From NCBI RefSeq assembly GCF_000315625.1, contig NW_005434656.1:293741-357740 (forward strand): 64,000 nucleotides of DNA, written 5' to 3'. Shown here in pieces: positions 1-11,232 of the stretch. The position numbers and the translations under genes were made by a program. How positions within the stretch are numbered: the stretch's first letter is position 1; every line of letters starts with the position of its first letter. The notes beneath the pieces are model-generated. The model saw only the letters and a list, made by a program, of their open reading frames with translations. It was not told where the DNA came from and searched no databases. The stretch comes from Guillardia theta CCMP2712 (lineage: Eukaryota; Protista; Cryptophyta).

Positions 1-2429
1 CTTGCTCAGTCAATAGATTCTTGCCATACGACTGTCAGTGCTCTCCGGACTGCAAGGAAGTGGTTTATTCTGAGCTGAATGCTACTCTCAGGAATCAGAT
101 CGAGGTGTTCGAAAACACGTCGTACAACTGCGAGACTCTGTGGGAAGGCTTCTGGATCGTTCCGTCGAGGTATCCTGACTTGTTCGTCAAGGCTCTCAAG
201 GGGTTGGGAGCACACGAGGGGTTTTACTTCACCGGGCAGCAGTGGGTCGACTCGTCATCGCGACACTGGTGTCACGTCTGGAACTACAGCACCTTTGTGA
301 ATCACTTCCTGATCGAGTTCGAAGGAGCTCAATTCAGCTGCTCCAACGACGTCATTCTCCCCGTCCTCAAGCAGGCGTTTCAAGCCGAGTCTGTGGAACA
401 GATCGAATGTAACTTGACCATCGTCTACAACGTCAGCAACGTCTTGCCGGGGCTCAGACCTGAATACCTGGACAGCCTGTTTGAGGGGATCTCTGAGATC
501 CTGCGCTGTACGCGACCGCAGCTGAGAAACATCACCTTGAGTCAAGAGGTCATCGCTACGAGCCCCAACTCCGGGACCAAACAATTCCATACGCTCTGCA
601 AGGATGCCGCTAGATCTATCTGCATGCGATGCAACAACAACAGCTGGTTCAACTCGACCAACGGCGTCTGCATGCCTTGTTCGTGCCCTGCTGGACAGTA
701 CTTAGCCCGACCATGTAAAGGACAAGACAATGGCTGTTCTCCCTGCGACCTCGGGGTGATCTGACCTGATTCATTGCAATCTTGTATTGACGATGTGAAA
801 TAGACTTACTCTTCCAGCATGGTTGGAGCATGCACCAAATGTCCTCCTGGAAAGTGAGTAGAGTTTCAAGGTCATCTCAATGTTAGCTGACGAGCATGAT
901 CAGGTACACCGACAGGCTGGAGTCTAAGGGTTGTGACGATTGCGCCGCTGGATATTCGTCAGCCCCGGGAGCATCTTTCTGCATCCAGTGCGCCATCGGG
1001 TTCTACACGGATGAACCTGGTCAGCTCTGCCGCCCCTGTGAGGCTGGATACTTTTCGATGCCTGGCGACTCGACGTGCACGGGATGTCCTGCAGGAACGG
1101 CAAAGTCAGTGACGGGGAACGGCATGTGCTCGCCCTGCCGTGCGGGCACATGGTCGCAAGCGAACGCGAGCCACTGCAAAGCTTGTTCTGTCGGCACCTT
1201 CTCAACGTACGGAGCATCAATCTGCCAGATGTGTTCTAACGGGAAGTACACCAACGTCACAGGTATGGCAACTCGTGTTGTGTCCTTGATTGAAGAATCT
1301 TGAGCAGGAACGAGCGTCTGTTACGACTGTCTGGCGGGGTTCGATTCCGATGAGAGCAGAGTGTCCTGCCAGGACTGTCCGGCGGGAAGCTATAGTATGT
1401 CTGGACATGCATGTGAGCTGTGCGAGCTGGGCAAATACTCGAATGCCAGTGGAATGACGACTTGCATGTAAGCAGCATCTTTGCTAACCCTTCTTTTCTC
1501 ACTTGCCGTGCAGGGCATGCGATGCTGGAAGGACTTCGTTCACCTTGGGCTCGATCAATTGCTCGGATTGTCCGCAGGGAACATTCAGGAGTGACCTAGG
1601 CAGCAAATACTGCAGTCCTTGTCCCCCGGGGACCTCAGGGTTGGAGCTCGGTGCCAGCCAGTGCCCAGCTTGTCCCGCTGGAACTTTTTCACCTGGCAAC
1701 ACGTTCGAGTGCGCTGGATGCCCGGCCGGAACTTTTTCTACGCAGAATTCCTCCGTCTGTTCCTTTTGCCCGCTGGGGAAGTTTTCAGACCAGGTGAACA
1801 GGACCTCCTCCTCTGACTGCTCGCCTTGCGAGGCGGGAACATCGTCGGACTCCCTTTTTCAGTCATGTGTCAACTGCCCAGCAGGAGAGTACTCCTCTGC
1901 TCAGACAGAGTTTGTCTGCACTGCTTGCCCGGCGGGAAAGGTCTCCCTGTTCCCCGGCACACAGTCGGCGCAAGGCTGCGTCCCCTGTAACGCGAGCACA
2001 TACGCGGTTGCTGGCAGCTCGACCTGCACAGCATGCCCCGACGGCACGTTCTCTGCCCAAGGCGCCGGCAGTTGCGGAGCATGCTTCGGTGCGGCCAACG
2101 CGGAGTACATTAGCCCCGGGCTGACCTGCAACTGGCAATGCCCAGCTAACTATTTCCTCTGGAAGAGAGATGCATCATTCATGGAGTGTCTGCGGTGTCC
2201 TCAAGGTTCCTCGTCAACAGCTGGGCAGCAACAGGACTGCGTGTGTGCTGACGGACTTGTGTTCAGACGGTATCTTGCTGTGGATCCTTTCTTTCTTGTT
2301 GCCACACTCTCGCCGCAGGACGTGGAGTGTGTGAACGTCTCAGCGACAGCGCCGACCGACTGCTGCAAGAACAACGTATCGCAGTGCTGGACGCCATTCG
2401 GAGAGGAGGCCTACCTTCCTCAGTGCTGA
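1..2429 (+). CDS. Multi-exon Cys-rich protein with GCC2/GCC3 (ephrin-receptor-like/TNFR-like) repeats; 5' end probably outside the window
   Basis: ORFs 21-764, 896-1303 and 1503-2429 carry repeated CxxCPAGxY/FS units (CPAGTFS, CEAGYFS, CPQGTFR), separated by short GT-AG gaps (e.g. ~854-903, ~1468-1513). Confidence 0.8.
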
Positions 2430-4782
2430 TGCGCACGAGGGTTTTTTATTCATTTGTACTATTCGATGTTTTATGTGCAGTAGAGTACAGCAAGACTGTG
2501 AGGTCAAGGGCAAGCGTTGAAGGAACTTGTTGCTCATCGAAATTAAGTCATTTCTCAGTGATTTTTTGGTACCTTCATGCATGTCTTCTCACCCAAACAT
2601 GGTCCCACCTATCCTCGCCAAAAGCAGAATACAAAAGTTTCATATGTGAGACTAAGATTTGGTTTCCCTGGCTTTCGCACGGCAAAATCTTGACGACAAG
2701 GTGAGCATTAGCACTGGTCGGCTGAATCGCTCTCTACTCCTCTTCTCACTAAACCTTCTATCATTCTCTCACAGCCTCTGCATGATAGTCAAGTTTAGTC
2801 GCAAATCATCTTCGTCAAGGCATTGTGACACACTTTTCAATCCTGCAGTATTAAGTCCATGACATTCGTACCATTGAGCCATGTCAGTGAGTCTCAGCAT
2901 TCTTGACGGGAGGTATAGAACCGGCTGCAGCAGTACCAGTGACTCTGACTCCGTGAGTTGGGATCATATGTTGATCGGATGGTGGGCCCCGGGCAGCGAC
3001 GAACCGTGCCTAGTATGCTGATAGGACATACTGCAACTTCACCCCCATCACCGCCATAAAAGTTATTCTCATGTCCTGTCGAAGTTCAGCCGTAGGCTCC
3101 TTCTCATGATGGCAAGGGCAGATGAGTCAGTACTGCTGCGACTCCTCCTGGAGTCGAGCCCCCCGCCCCCCCCCCCCTTCCCCTCCCCTCCGCGTCCTGA
3201 GCTGAGCCTCGGAGCCTGGCGGGCCAGGTCGTTCAGCAGAGCCGACCATGATGAAGGAAAGGTCGCATTCCTTGACAGCCTTTCAAAGGAAAAAAAGAGT
3301 CAAAAGGGAAAAAAAGTCACCAGGTCCATTTTTCCTCGAAGATACTCCCCAATCTCGTTCACTACCCCACCCTCACCTGCTAACTCTCTCCACACGTTCG
3401 GGAAATACTCTAAACGTACCCCTACTTTTCACCGTTGATTACCCCCATCCTGCCCAATGTTCTTTGACCTGCCTGCCCCCTCATGGTCGATACCACCCAC
3501 CCCACCCACATCGAAACCCAAAACTGACAGCTGCACAAGTCAAACGAAGGGGGTGGCCTTTCTTAATACTCCCCAAATGGGTGGGTAGTCATCAATCCCA
3601 ACCACCACACCACCGACAATCTTTCATATTCAAGTACCGGTACATGCCCAACATCCACCCACCCACCCCATGATTCGTTCCCTTCTCCCCCAGATGCTTT
3701 CCCCGTGGATGACCACAACCACCCTACCCTACTCAAACATTCTCGAACAACATTGTTAGAACTTACTCACCCGTGCTTCACATACAGCTTTCGGTATCAA
3801 AATATAGGTAGGGTAATATACCCTACCCTTCATTTCCCTTCCCCTTTTATCGGAATCCTTCCCCATGTTCCCCTAAATTATACCACGGGTACAACCCTAG
3901 ATTACGACACACTTCGGACCCTCTCTGTCCCCACCACCCTACCCCTAACAAGCCTGCGATGCCTTTCTCAAGTCCTCAAGGCCATGTATCCTGTTTTTTC
4001 ATATACTTTCATTTAGGAAATATCAAGACCTTGGTACCACCCCCAATCCTTTACCCCCAGTGACTCGTGGGCACCCCTCCCTGTTAATACACTCCTGTTT
4101 CACCTCATCCTAGGGGTCCCATCCGTACCCCCACCCCTTTCTTCCCCTGAAGTTTTCCCCTGATCCCCCTCGTGTCTGGGTGGACCTGCGTATCACAATA
4201 CCCTACCCACCCTTTCCCCTTGATTTACCCCCATTTTCGTACTTTTGGTAATACAGGGGTACCCCCCCCCCTATCCCCATCCCCCCTCACTTCCTGCACA
4301 CCTAACCCGTTAAAAAATTTGAATTTCATAGAGAAAATTTGATCTTGTCATTACAGAATTTTGAACCGTACGCCTCAGATTTGTGTGTCCAGATCTTTCT
4401 AGGGGCGCCAGTACCCACCCTGTTTGATCCTCAGATTGCAAGTTGATATAGGGGGTCAGGGGTAATGCCTCCCCTCCCTTTCTCCCCTACTCACTTTCAG
4501 ACGCCTCCCCGACTGCTACGAATAGGCGAAGCGACGATGACGTCAGGCTTCATGTAGCTCTGCTCCAGACTGCGCCTACTGGTCCGCTTGCACCATCGAA
4601 GTTCGGAGCCCAGGCTCTGGATTGATTGGGCTGGTTTGTTGGCTTCTTGTCCCACGCGTTTTCGAAAAACGTATTACAAGGGGATCGACTTTGCACATAC
4701 CCGGAAGTACCCCTGGAAACCGGATTGCATCAACTTGGTTCGTCATAGACAGGTCATCAGAGCCTGTTCCTGCTGAACGCGT

Positions 4783-6662
4783 ATGGTTGTCGTTTCTCCA
4801 CCAGCTTTGTTTGGTCATCCGATGCAGGATAAATCGTTTTCGGACGAACTGTTTCTGGATGGAGACGACAAGACTAGCTCTTTGCTGCATTCTCTCCATG
4901 AGAGAACCGCTGGGGTGAAACCCTCGCTGATTTCATCTGTGAATGAAATCCCGGTTGTGAAGCCTTCCCTGGCGGAATTCCTTGACCTGCCGAAATTCAT
5001 GGCGTCGATTGCTTCCTTGGGAAGTTTCTATGGAGCTGTAAAGATTCTGCCCCCCGAAGGATGGAAGAGCAGGAGGTCGTATGAACATGTGGACTTCCTG
5101 ATCCGCTGCACTGGGTCTCAGTACTCGAGGGATGTGGGCCTTAACGGCCTCTACGACCTTCACGCGGAAGAGTCGGGGGCGATGCACCTGTCAGACCTGA
5201 AGCAGCTCCTCACGGAAAGTCAATCTGTGGATGCCGAGCACTGGAAAGACAACGTGAGAAGGGCCGAGCTGGACTTCTGGAGAGACCTCGGCGTGGAGAC
5301 TAACGTCATCTATGCGGCGAGCTGCTCGCAGAGCACTCTTTTCGAGCCGATTGCTGGTGCATGGAACCTGGCTCAAATGCAGCACAAGCGCGCCTCGACA
5401 AACAGTTGGCAGCTCAGTTGCCAGGGCATCACTGGACTTTCAATGAACATGGCGTCCACGGTAAGCCTCCCTCTCTCTCTCTCGACTCTGATGTACCCTC
5501 CATCCAGGCAAGGGGTTGGAGCGTGGTGGATGAGAACGTGTGCAGCGTTTCCTACGTTCATTTTGGAGCTCCACGTTCAGTGTATGTCGTTCCTGCATCC
5601 TACCGGCAGAAGCTCGAGGAGGTTGCTTGCACGCTCAGGTTGCCTCCGGTGCCAGTCGCCCGATGTCCTGACTCAACTCCACAGAGGCACTCCAAGCGCG
5701 GAAGCAAGCCAAGGCTCCATCCTGTCAAAGTTCGCCATGCTGATGGATCCAGCTGTGAGTCGCGCGTGAAGTCCTTGATGACCTTGTGATCCTCTCTCAG
5801 GTGCTGCGCAAGCATGAGATCCCTCTTCACAAGACCACTCAGAACGCTGGGGAGATCACTCTCCATTGGCCGGGCTCTTGCTTCAGCAGCTTTTCTCACG
5901 GGGTCAACTGCTGTGAGGTCAGGCTGCCTTCTCCTCTTTGCTCCTCATTTGACGTTGTGCAACCCAGTCAGCAGAGTCGCCAACCTTTCTCAAGTTCAAG
6001 GCGTTGGGGGAGGCAGGCAAGGCTGGGGAACCGGGCAACGCGGTAGCAAGAAAGCCCAAGGACATCTTCGAGCAACTGTACGCGGACTCGGACGAATACG
6101 AAGACTCTTCGCAGGTTTCAGACTCTGCCGCCGATGATACGAGTGTGCACACTATGTCCAGCAATGGAAGGATGGTGCAGCTGGGAATCCGTCGACGGAG
6201 AAAGCGAAAACTCGAGTTTGACGAGGCTGGAATGGTTTGCGGGCGAAGTGAGGTGCGGGAGATGAAGAACAAGAATTGTCACTTCTGCGAGCATGCACCC
6301 AAGAGATGTTCCATCTTCACGTGTTCGAGTGCCAACTGTGACCAGGTGAAGGAGGCTGAGCCGTTCTTCTGTCTGTTTGCTCACAGCTTGACAGAAATTC
6401 TGTGACAAGTGCTGCAATATTCATTTGGAGAAACCGACGAACTTCAAGACTCAGGAGGAGGCGGAGGCTGCGGAGTGGAAATGTCCTCTCTGTCTCAAGT
6501 GATCTTTGCGTTGCTATGCCCTCCAGCATCTAACTCTGTGTCAGGTTGTGTTGCTGCACGATGCCCGTTTGCAGACGTGAGCATCTGCACTGCAAACGTT
6601 ATCGTCGCCGAATCAAGAATTCACTTAGAATGGGCCTGTTCCTGTCTTCGTCGCACTTCTAA
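4783..6662 (+). CDS. JmjN/JmjC-domain chromatin protein with C-terminal zf-4CXXC_R1-like Cys-rich finger (multi-exon; probably catalytically inactive)
   Basis: JmjN-like PVVKPSLAEFLDLPKFM...YGAVKILPPEGW. JmjC-like VIYAA..WNL, SVSYVHFGAPRSVYVVP and QNAGEITLHWPGSCFSSFSHGVNCCE across introns (5461-5507 etc.). C-terminal CHFC..CSSANC..FCDKCC..WKCPLC..CCC. Start codon uncertain. Confidence 0.75.
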
Positions 6663-6959
6663 CAATCGTTAACAGAAAGCTCCATCTTAGATGCTTCGCT
6701 TTCTATCGTAAATAGTAACTTCACAATGTCAATTTTTATGTGAATGGTGTAGAAGCCGCTTATCGTGTTGTCTATCTAGTTAAATGAAATCGATGAGACT
6801 CAACAACCCTACCTCTTCGTTGCACATTGAATCCATGTCGAATGTCGAACTCAGAACAAGTACCTTGCTTCTCCAGCTCGGAAATCTGCATCGAACATGT
6901 CAGTCAACTCCCTCGAATGCACTTAGTTTGCCTGTAGATAGTCTTTCTGTCTGTTTCAA

Positions 6960-8693
6960 GGTCTGCTTATGCTCGACTTCAGCAGATGGCTCAGACTGTT
7001 CACACGCTTGTCAGGCTTGTCGGATTCACAGCTGAAGTTGTCGCACCCTCCTGAGGTCTTGGATCCTGTCACGTGCCCCCCTCCAAACTGACGACGAGGG
7101 CCCTGAGGAAGATCTCGTTTGCTCAGCATGTCCAAGAGCTGAAGGAGGATCAGACGTTTGTGTGTGTGAGAGAGAGAGGGAGGGAGAGAGGGAGGGAGGG
7201 AGAGGGAGGGAGGGAGAGGGAGGGAGGGAGAGGGAGGGAGGGAGGGAGAGGGAGGGAGGGAGGGAGAGGGAGGGAGGGAGGGAGAGTGAGTGAGTGAGGG
7301 AGGGAGGGAGGGAGACAGTTGAAAGCATTACTTGTGTCAGTCCTCAGGTCTTGACGCTCATTCAGGTACTCTATCGATAAATGGTGTCACATCCAAGAAA
7401 TGGACATCTCCTGTGCGAGACTGACCGACAAGTCTTGACATGAATGAGAGGTCGTTCTGCCTGATTGCTTCTTGTTCCGCTTTGAACACCGATGCGCTGT
7501 GCTGTCGCCACAGAGCTTTCGAAAGCAATCTTCAGGTGACCTGTCACACTCGAACAAGGCATGCCTTCCTCAGCGGCACGAAGTTGATTCAGCTCTGATC
7601 TTGTGACTTCAATCTCATATTCTTTGCTCCTTCTTGACTCCTCCGTCGTAAGTTCGATTGAAGAATCTCGCAGCTCAAACCTGTCAAATATCCAACAGGT
7701 CAGGTGACAGGGCACAACAAGTTCTCAACTTTTACAGAATAGACATGATACGGCTGACGGCCTGACTTCGAAGCTGAAAGGTTTGCAGCGACCTGCAAAC
7801 ATGGCACTGAGCATTACAAGTACAGTGTAAGTTGAAAACTCACTCAGCATCCCGCATTGATGTTTGCTGCAAATGTTCCTCACACTCTCTGGTCATTTTC
7901 TACGAGGACACCTCAGTTGCAACAGGGAGAAGGAAGTCAGACACCTTGTAAACTTGCATGAATTCCTGCCCGACAGCTCCATCGCTCACTTTCTTGATGG
8001 CTGACATCCGATCAGTGAGATAGCACAACACTTTGACTTTCATCACAGTCGCTGCACAGCTGATGAAAACCCTGTCACATGATGTCACCGCCGAGGTAGC
8101 AGTCCTTCCTGCCAACTCCTCACCGCATGGTCCGAGCCGTCAGAAGGAAACTCAAGTCTTCGTCGGAAGCCTTTCTTCGACCTCGCGCGTTCCTCTGGGG
8201 CCTCCTCGTCGTTCTCGTCACGGTTCGAACTCGATTGCGACTGCCTTGGAGACTTCAGAAAATTCTCCACAACGTCTTGAGATCTGGAAGGCGGCAACCA
8301 TGAGCGATGGGTCCTGCCTTCCGCTCCCACAGCTCATACCTATTTGCATCATCGAGAGATTTGCTCGAGGTGCTCAGCACGGTGGTGTTGACCCCATTGA
8401 ACACAAACCGAGCAAACTTGACTTTGGTGACATCGTCGGTCTAGAAACCAGGACAGCAAAAGAATCAAAGGAGTTGAATGAAAATGTTCGACAGACTTAC
8501 CTTTCCCTCGACGCTCATGTCATTTCTTGGACTGTTGTGAGGAAACGACTCACGTGCTATCAACAAAACATTACAGGTGTACAACAGCACACACTCCAAT
8601 ATCAGTTCGAACTTGAACGGCCATACCAGGGGGTTGCGTTGAACTTGAGAGGTGCGATTCTTGATCCATCTTGGCTCCATGACCGTGCATCAT
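6960..8693 (-). CDS. Putative multi-exon hypothetical protein (charged/coiled-coil segments)
   Basis: Minus-strand coding-like segments (SRSQDVVENFLKSPRQ..., DRFELRDSSIELTTEESRRSKEYEIEVTRSELNQL) with short intron-like gaps; no recognisable domain; boundaries approximate. Confidence 0.4.
7161..7315. repeat. GA-rich low-complexity microsatellite (GAGG/GAGGGAGGGA)n
   Basis: Directly visible purine-only tract. Confidence 0.9.
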
Positions 8694-10047
8694 GATCAGT
8701 GTTCTGAGGGAAATTTCTCTTCTTAGTTCACTTCACTTCATCCCATCCATTCGCAGAATCAAGCCTCGGAGGCGAGCGGCTCAAACTTCGAATCCGACCA
8801 GTCTCTAGGTTTTTACCCGTGCCACTGTTCGAGCCACTGCGGCGACGCGCCCGTCACCGGGCGTCACAGCAGTTGCAGCACTATGAGACTGACTCAGTGA
8901 GCTTGAAGAGGCTCCGAAGCCTTGGAGGCTGAGCCAGTGGTCTCCGATACCAGCCGCTGGTGCTTCGCTTCCCTCCTTGTGCCGCAGTGCCAGTACTGAG
9001 GCTGCCTCCCCAGGCTTTATATTGCTACCAGCGCGATTGTCCTACGGTACTGACAGTGATGTTTAACTTAACTTTGACTAAAGAAGCTACTCAGTGACTA
9101 GCAGCGGGTTTCAAGTTTGACCGCCGCCGGGCCGAGTCTGTCAACTTCCGAACTTCCGCCCCTGGGGCCGCTGCCATGATTTTAAAAGTCCGATCATAGC
9201 CTAGTGACTCAGAAGCGGCAGCTCAGTCAGGCTCGCCGAGGCTCCGGGCCCGGGGCGCCCGCCGCGCCGGGTCCGGGTGACTCTCGACCGCGGTACCGTA
9301 CCGTCCGGACGGTCTACCGTACGGCGACCCGGTCCGACGGTCACCGGCAAGTCGGACTCCCGAGCCAAAGGCCGGGCCGCCGCGACACTGATGTCAAGTC
9401 ACCGTAGACGGTAGGCTTGAAATCCGACTCTAGTGATCGACGGCAGTATCCGACATCAGAAACTTGATCATACGAGTCAGCCAGGCATTGGACGGACTGT
9501 ACGCCATCTTCACAAAATCTCACTGAATGGATCTATTTTCAGCCTGACAACAGCCAAACATGGACGCTTCAACCTTATAGTGATGATCTCATTGTCTTGC
9601 AGGACTAGTATTGTGCCAGGAATGTAGGTTATCTTGGATCGACACAAGGCAATTTGACCCCGGCCCGGTGAGTCTGTTCTCTCTGTTGAACCATATCAAG
9701 TTTATTTCACCATGTTTGGCTGCCATCGCCAAAAAACTTTCAATACGTCACATCACTGCCTTTTGCGTGAGATGCGTGCTTACAAACAATTCATTGTTGA
9801 CGTCTGCAGCCTGCAAACTTCGGGCTTTAAGTGTCATTAAGGGCTCTAAAATACAAGGCCTAAACTTCTACTATGATACAAATGAGACGGCAAGGAATAA
9901 TTCTGTTGCGTATTATTGTGCCCTTTACCTGTATTTGATTCATCATCAACGCCCAACCGATCCGCCAGGTTTCAAGACAGCTCGATAGGGAATGGTAGGT
10001 AGTCATGTAAAACCATCGTGCTGCATTTTTCGCCTCGAATTCAATCT

Positions 10048-10271
10048 GCGCTCATCTCCATCATGTGGCCGCGCTCATCTCCATCATGTGACCGCGCTCA
10101 TCTCCATCATGTGGCCGCGCTCATCTCCATCATGTGGCCGCGCTCATCTCCATCATGTGGCCGCGCTCATCTCCATCATGTGGCCGCGCTCATCTCCATC
10201 ATGTGGCCGCGCTCATCTCCATCATGTGGCCGCGCTCATCTCCATCATGTGGCCGCGCTCATCTGTATCAT
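10048..10271 (+). repeat. 23-bp tandem repeat GCGCTCATCTCCATCATGTGGCC, 9 full copies plus a partial
   Basis: Units start at 10048, 10071, 10094 ... 10255; one G>A variant in copy 2. Confidence 0.95.
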
Positions 10272-10577
10272 CGGAGGGATCGCTCTCTGAGGCCGGCCTG
10301 CTCAACAATAATAAATGTACCAGATATTAACCTAAATCAGGGCTGAGATGTCATGTTCCCTTATATCGCAACGTTTGGGATTGTTGCCAGTCAACCTCTG
10401 ACCCTAACTCCTGCAAGATAGAGCGGTTCGTATTGTTGCGTAGTTGCTAGAAACTTTTTCTCCTCTGCCAAATATCTGCTGACCAACCGTTGGTAAAGCT
10501 TCAACTTTTCGCATTGTTGCTAGCACGGTGTTGACTCCTTTGCACCTAGAATCCTCTCAAATAATCGATTCATCGCG

Positions 10578-10953
10578 TCGTTTCGGATTGTTGCCCCTCC
10601 TCCCTCGACTTCTTAGCTCCTAGTGTAAGGGTTGAAACCGGCTATAGGTTAACGTAGATTGGTCCGTCATGTTCACATGCTTGCATCGTTTCGGATTGTT
10701 GCCCCTCCTCCCTCGACTTCTTAGCTCCTAGTGTAAGGGTTGAATCTGATGCAGATAAACGTAGATTGGTCCGTCATGTTCACATGCTTGCATCGTTTCG
10801 GATTGTTGCCCCCTCCCCCTCGACTTCTTAGCTCCTAGTGTAAGGGTTGAAACCGGCTATAGGTTAACGTAGATTGGTCCGTCATGTTCACATGCTTGCA
10901 TCGTTTCGGATTGTTGCCCCTCCTCCCTCGACTTCTTAGCTCCTAGTGTAAGG
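10578..10953 (+). repeat. ~108-bp tandem repeat, 3.5 copies, with an alternating 13-14 nt variable segment (A,B,A)
   Basis: Units start at 10578, 10686, 10793 and 10901. Between GTTGAA and AACGTAGATTGG the segment reads ACCGGCTATAGGTT / TCTGATGCAGATA / ACCGGCTATAGGTT. Unit 4 stops at ...CCTAGTGTAAGG (10953). Confidence 0.95.
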
Positions 10954-11232
10954 CACGGGGGAGGAACTCCCAATAAAAGGGTCTAGTACCGGTATTTTTA
11001 TGATATTTTGGGGGTACCTTTTCAGGAGGGGGTGGGTGAGTTTGCAGGAAATCGCAATGGCAGCAAGGCGGCGACCAGGTTTAAGGATGATTTACTCAGC
11101 CTGTGCAATGATGACAATCGTGAAACCACCATAGCCTTTCAGGAAATTGTAAAATCTATATCATGGTATCAATCATTTGAATTGCATCGTAGCAGTGTTT
11201 AATATTTTCCACAATACGTATCTCTCTTTTTT

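Noticed and set aside
3100-4500. ORFs or MITEs in C-rich intergenic DNA (also ~44400-44700, ~55000-55600)
   Set aside because: Low-complexity sequence; only weak inverted similarity and no convincing TIR or TSD.
9992-10346. ORFs with repeated ALISIMWPRSSPSCGRAHLHH
   Set aside because: Translations of the 23-bp tandem repeat, open in all three frames.
10578-10953. CRISPR-like repeat/spacer array
   Set aside because: The constant part is ~94 bp, the 'spacers' are only 13-14 nt and recur (A,B,A,B), no cas genes are present, and the context is eukaryotic.
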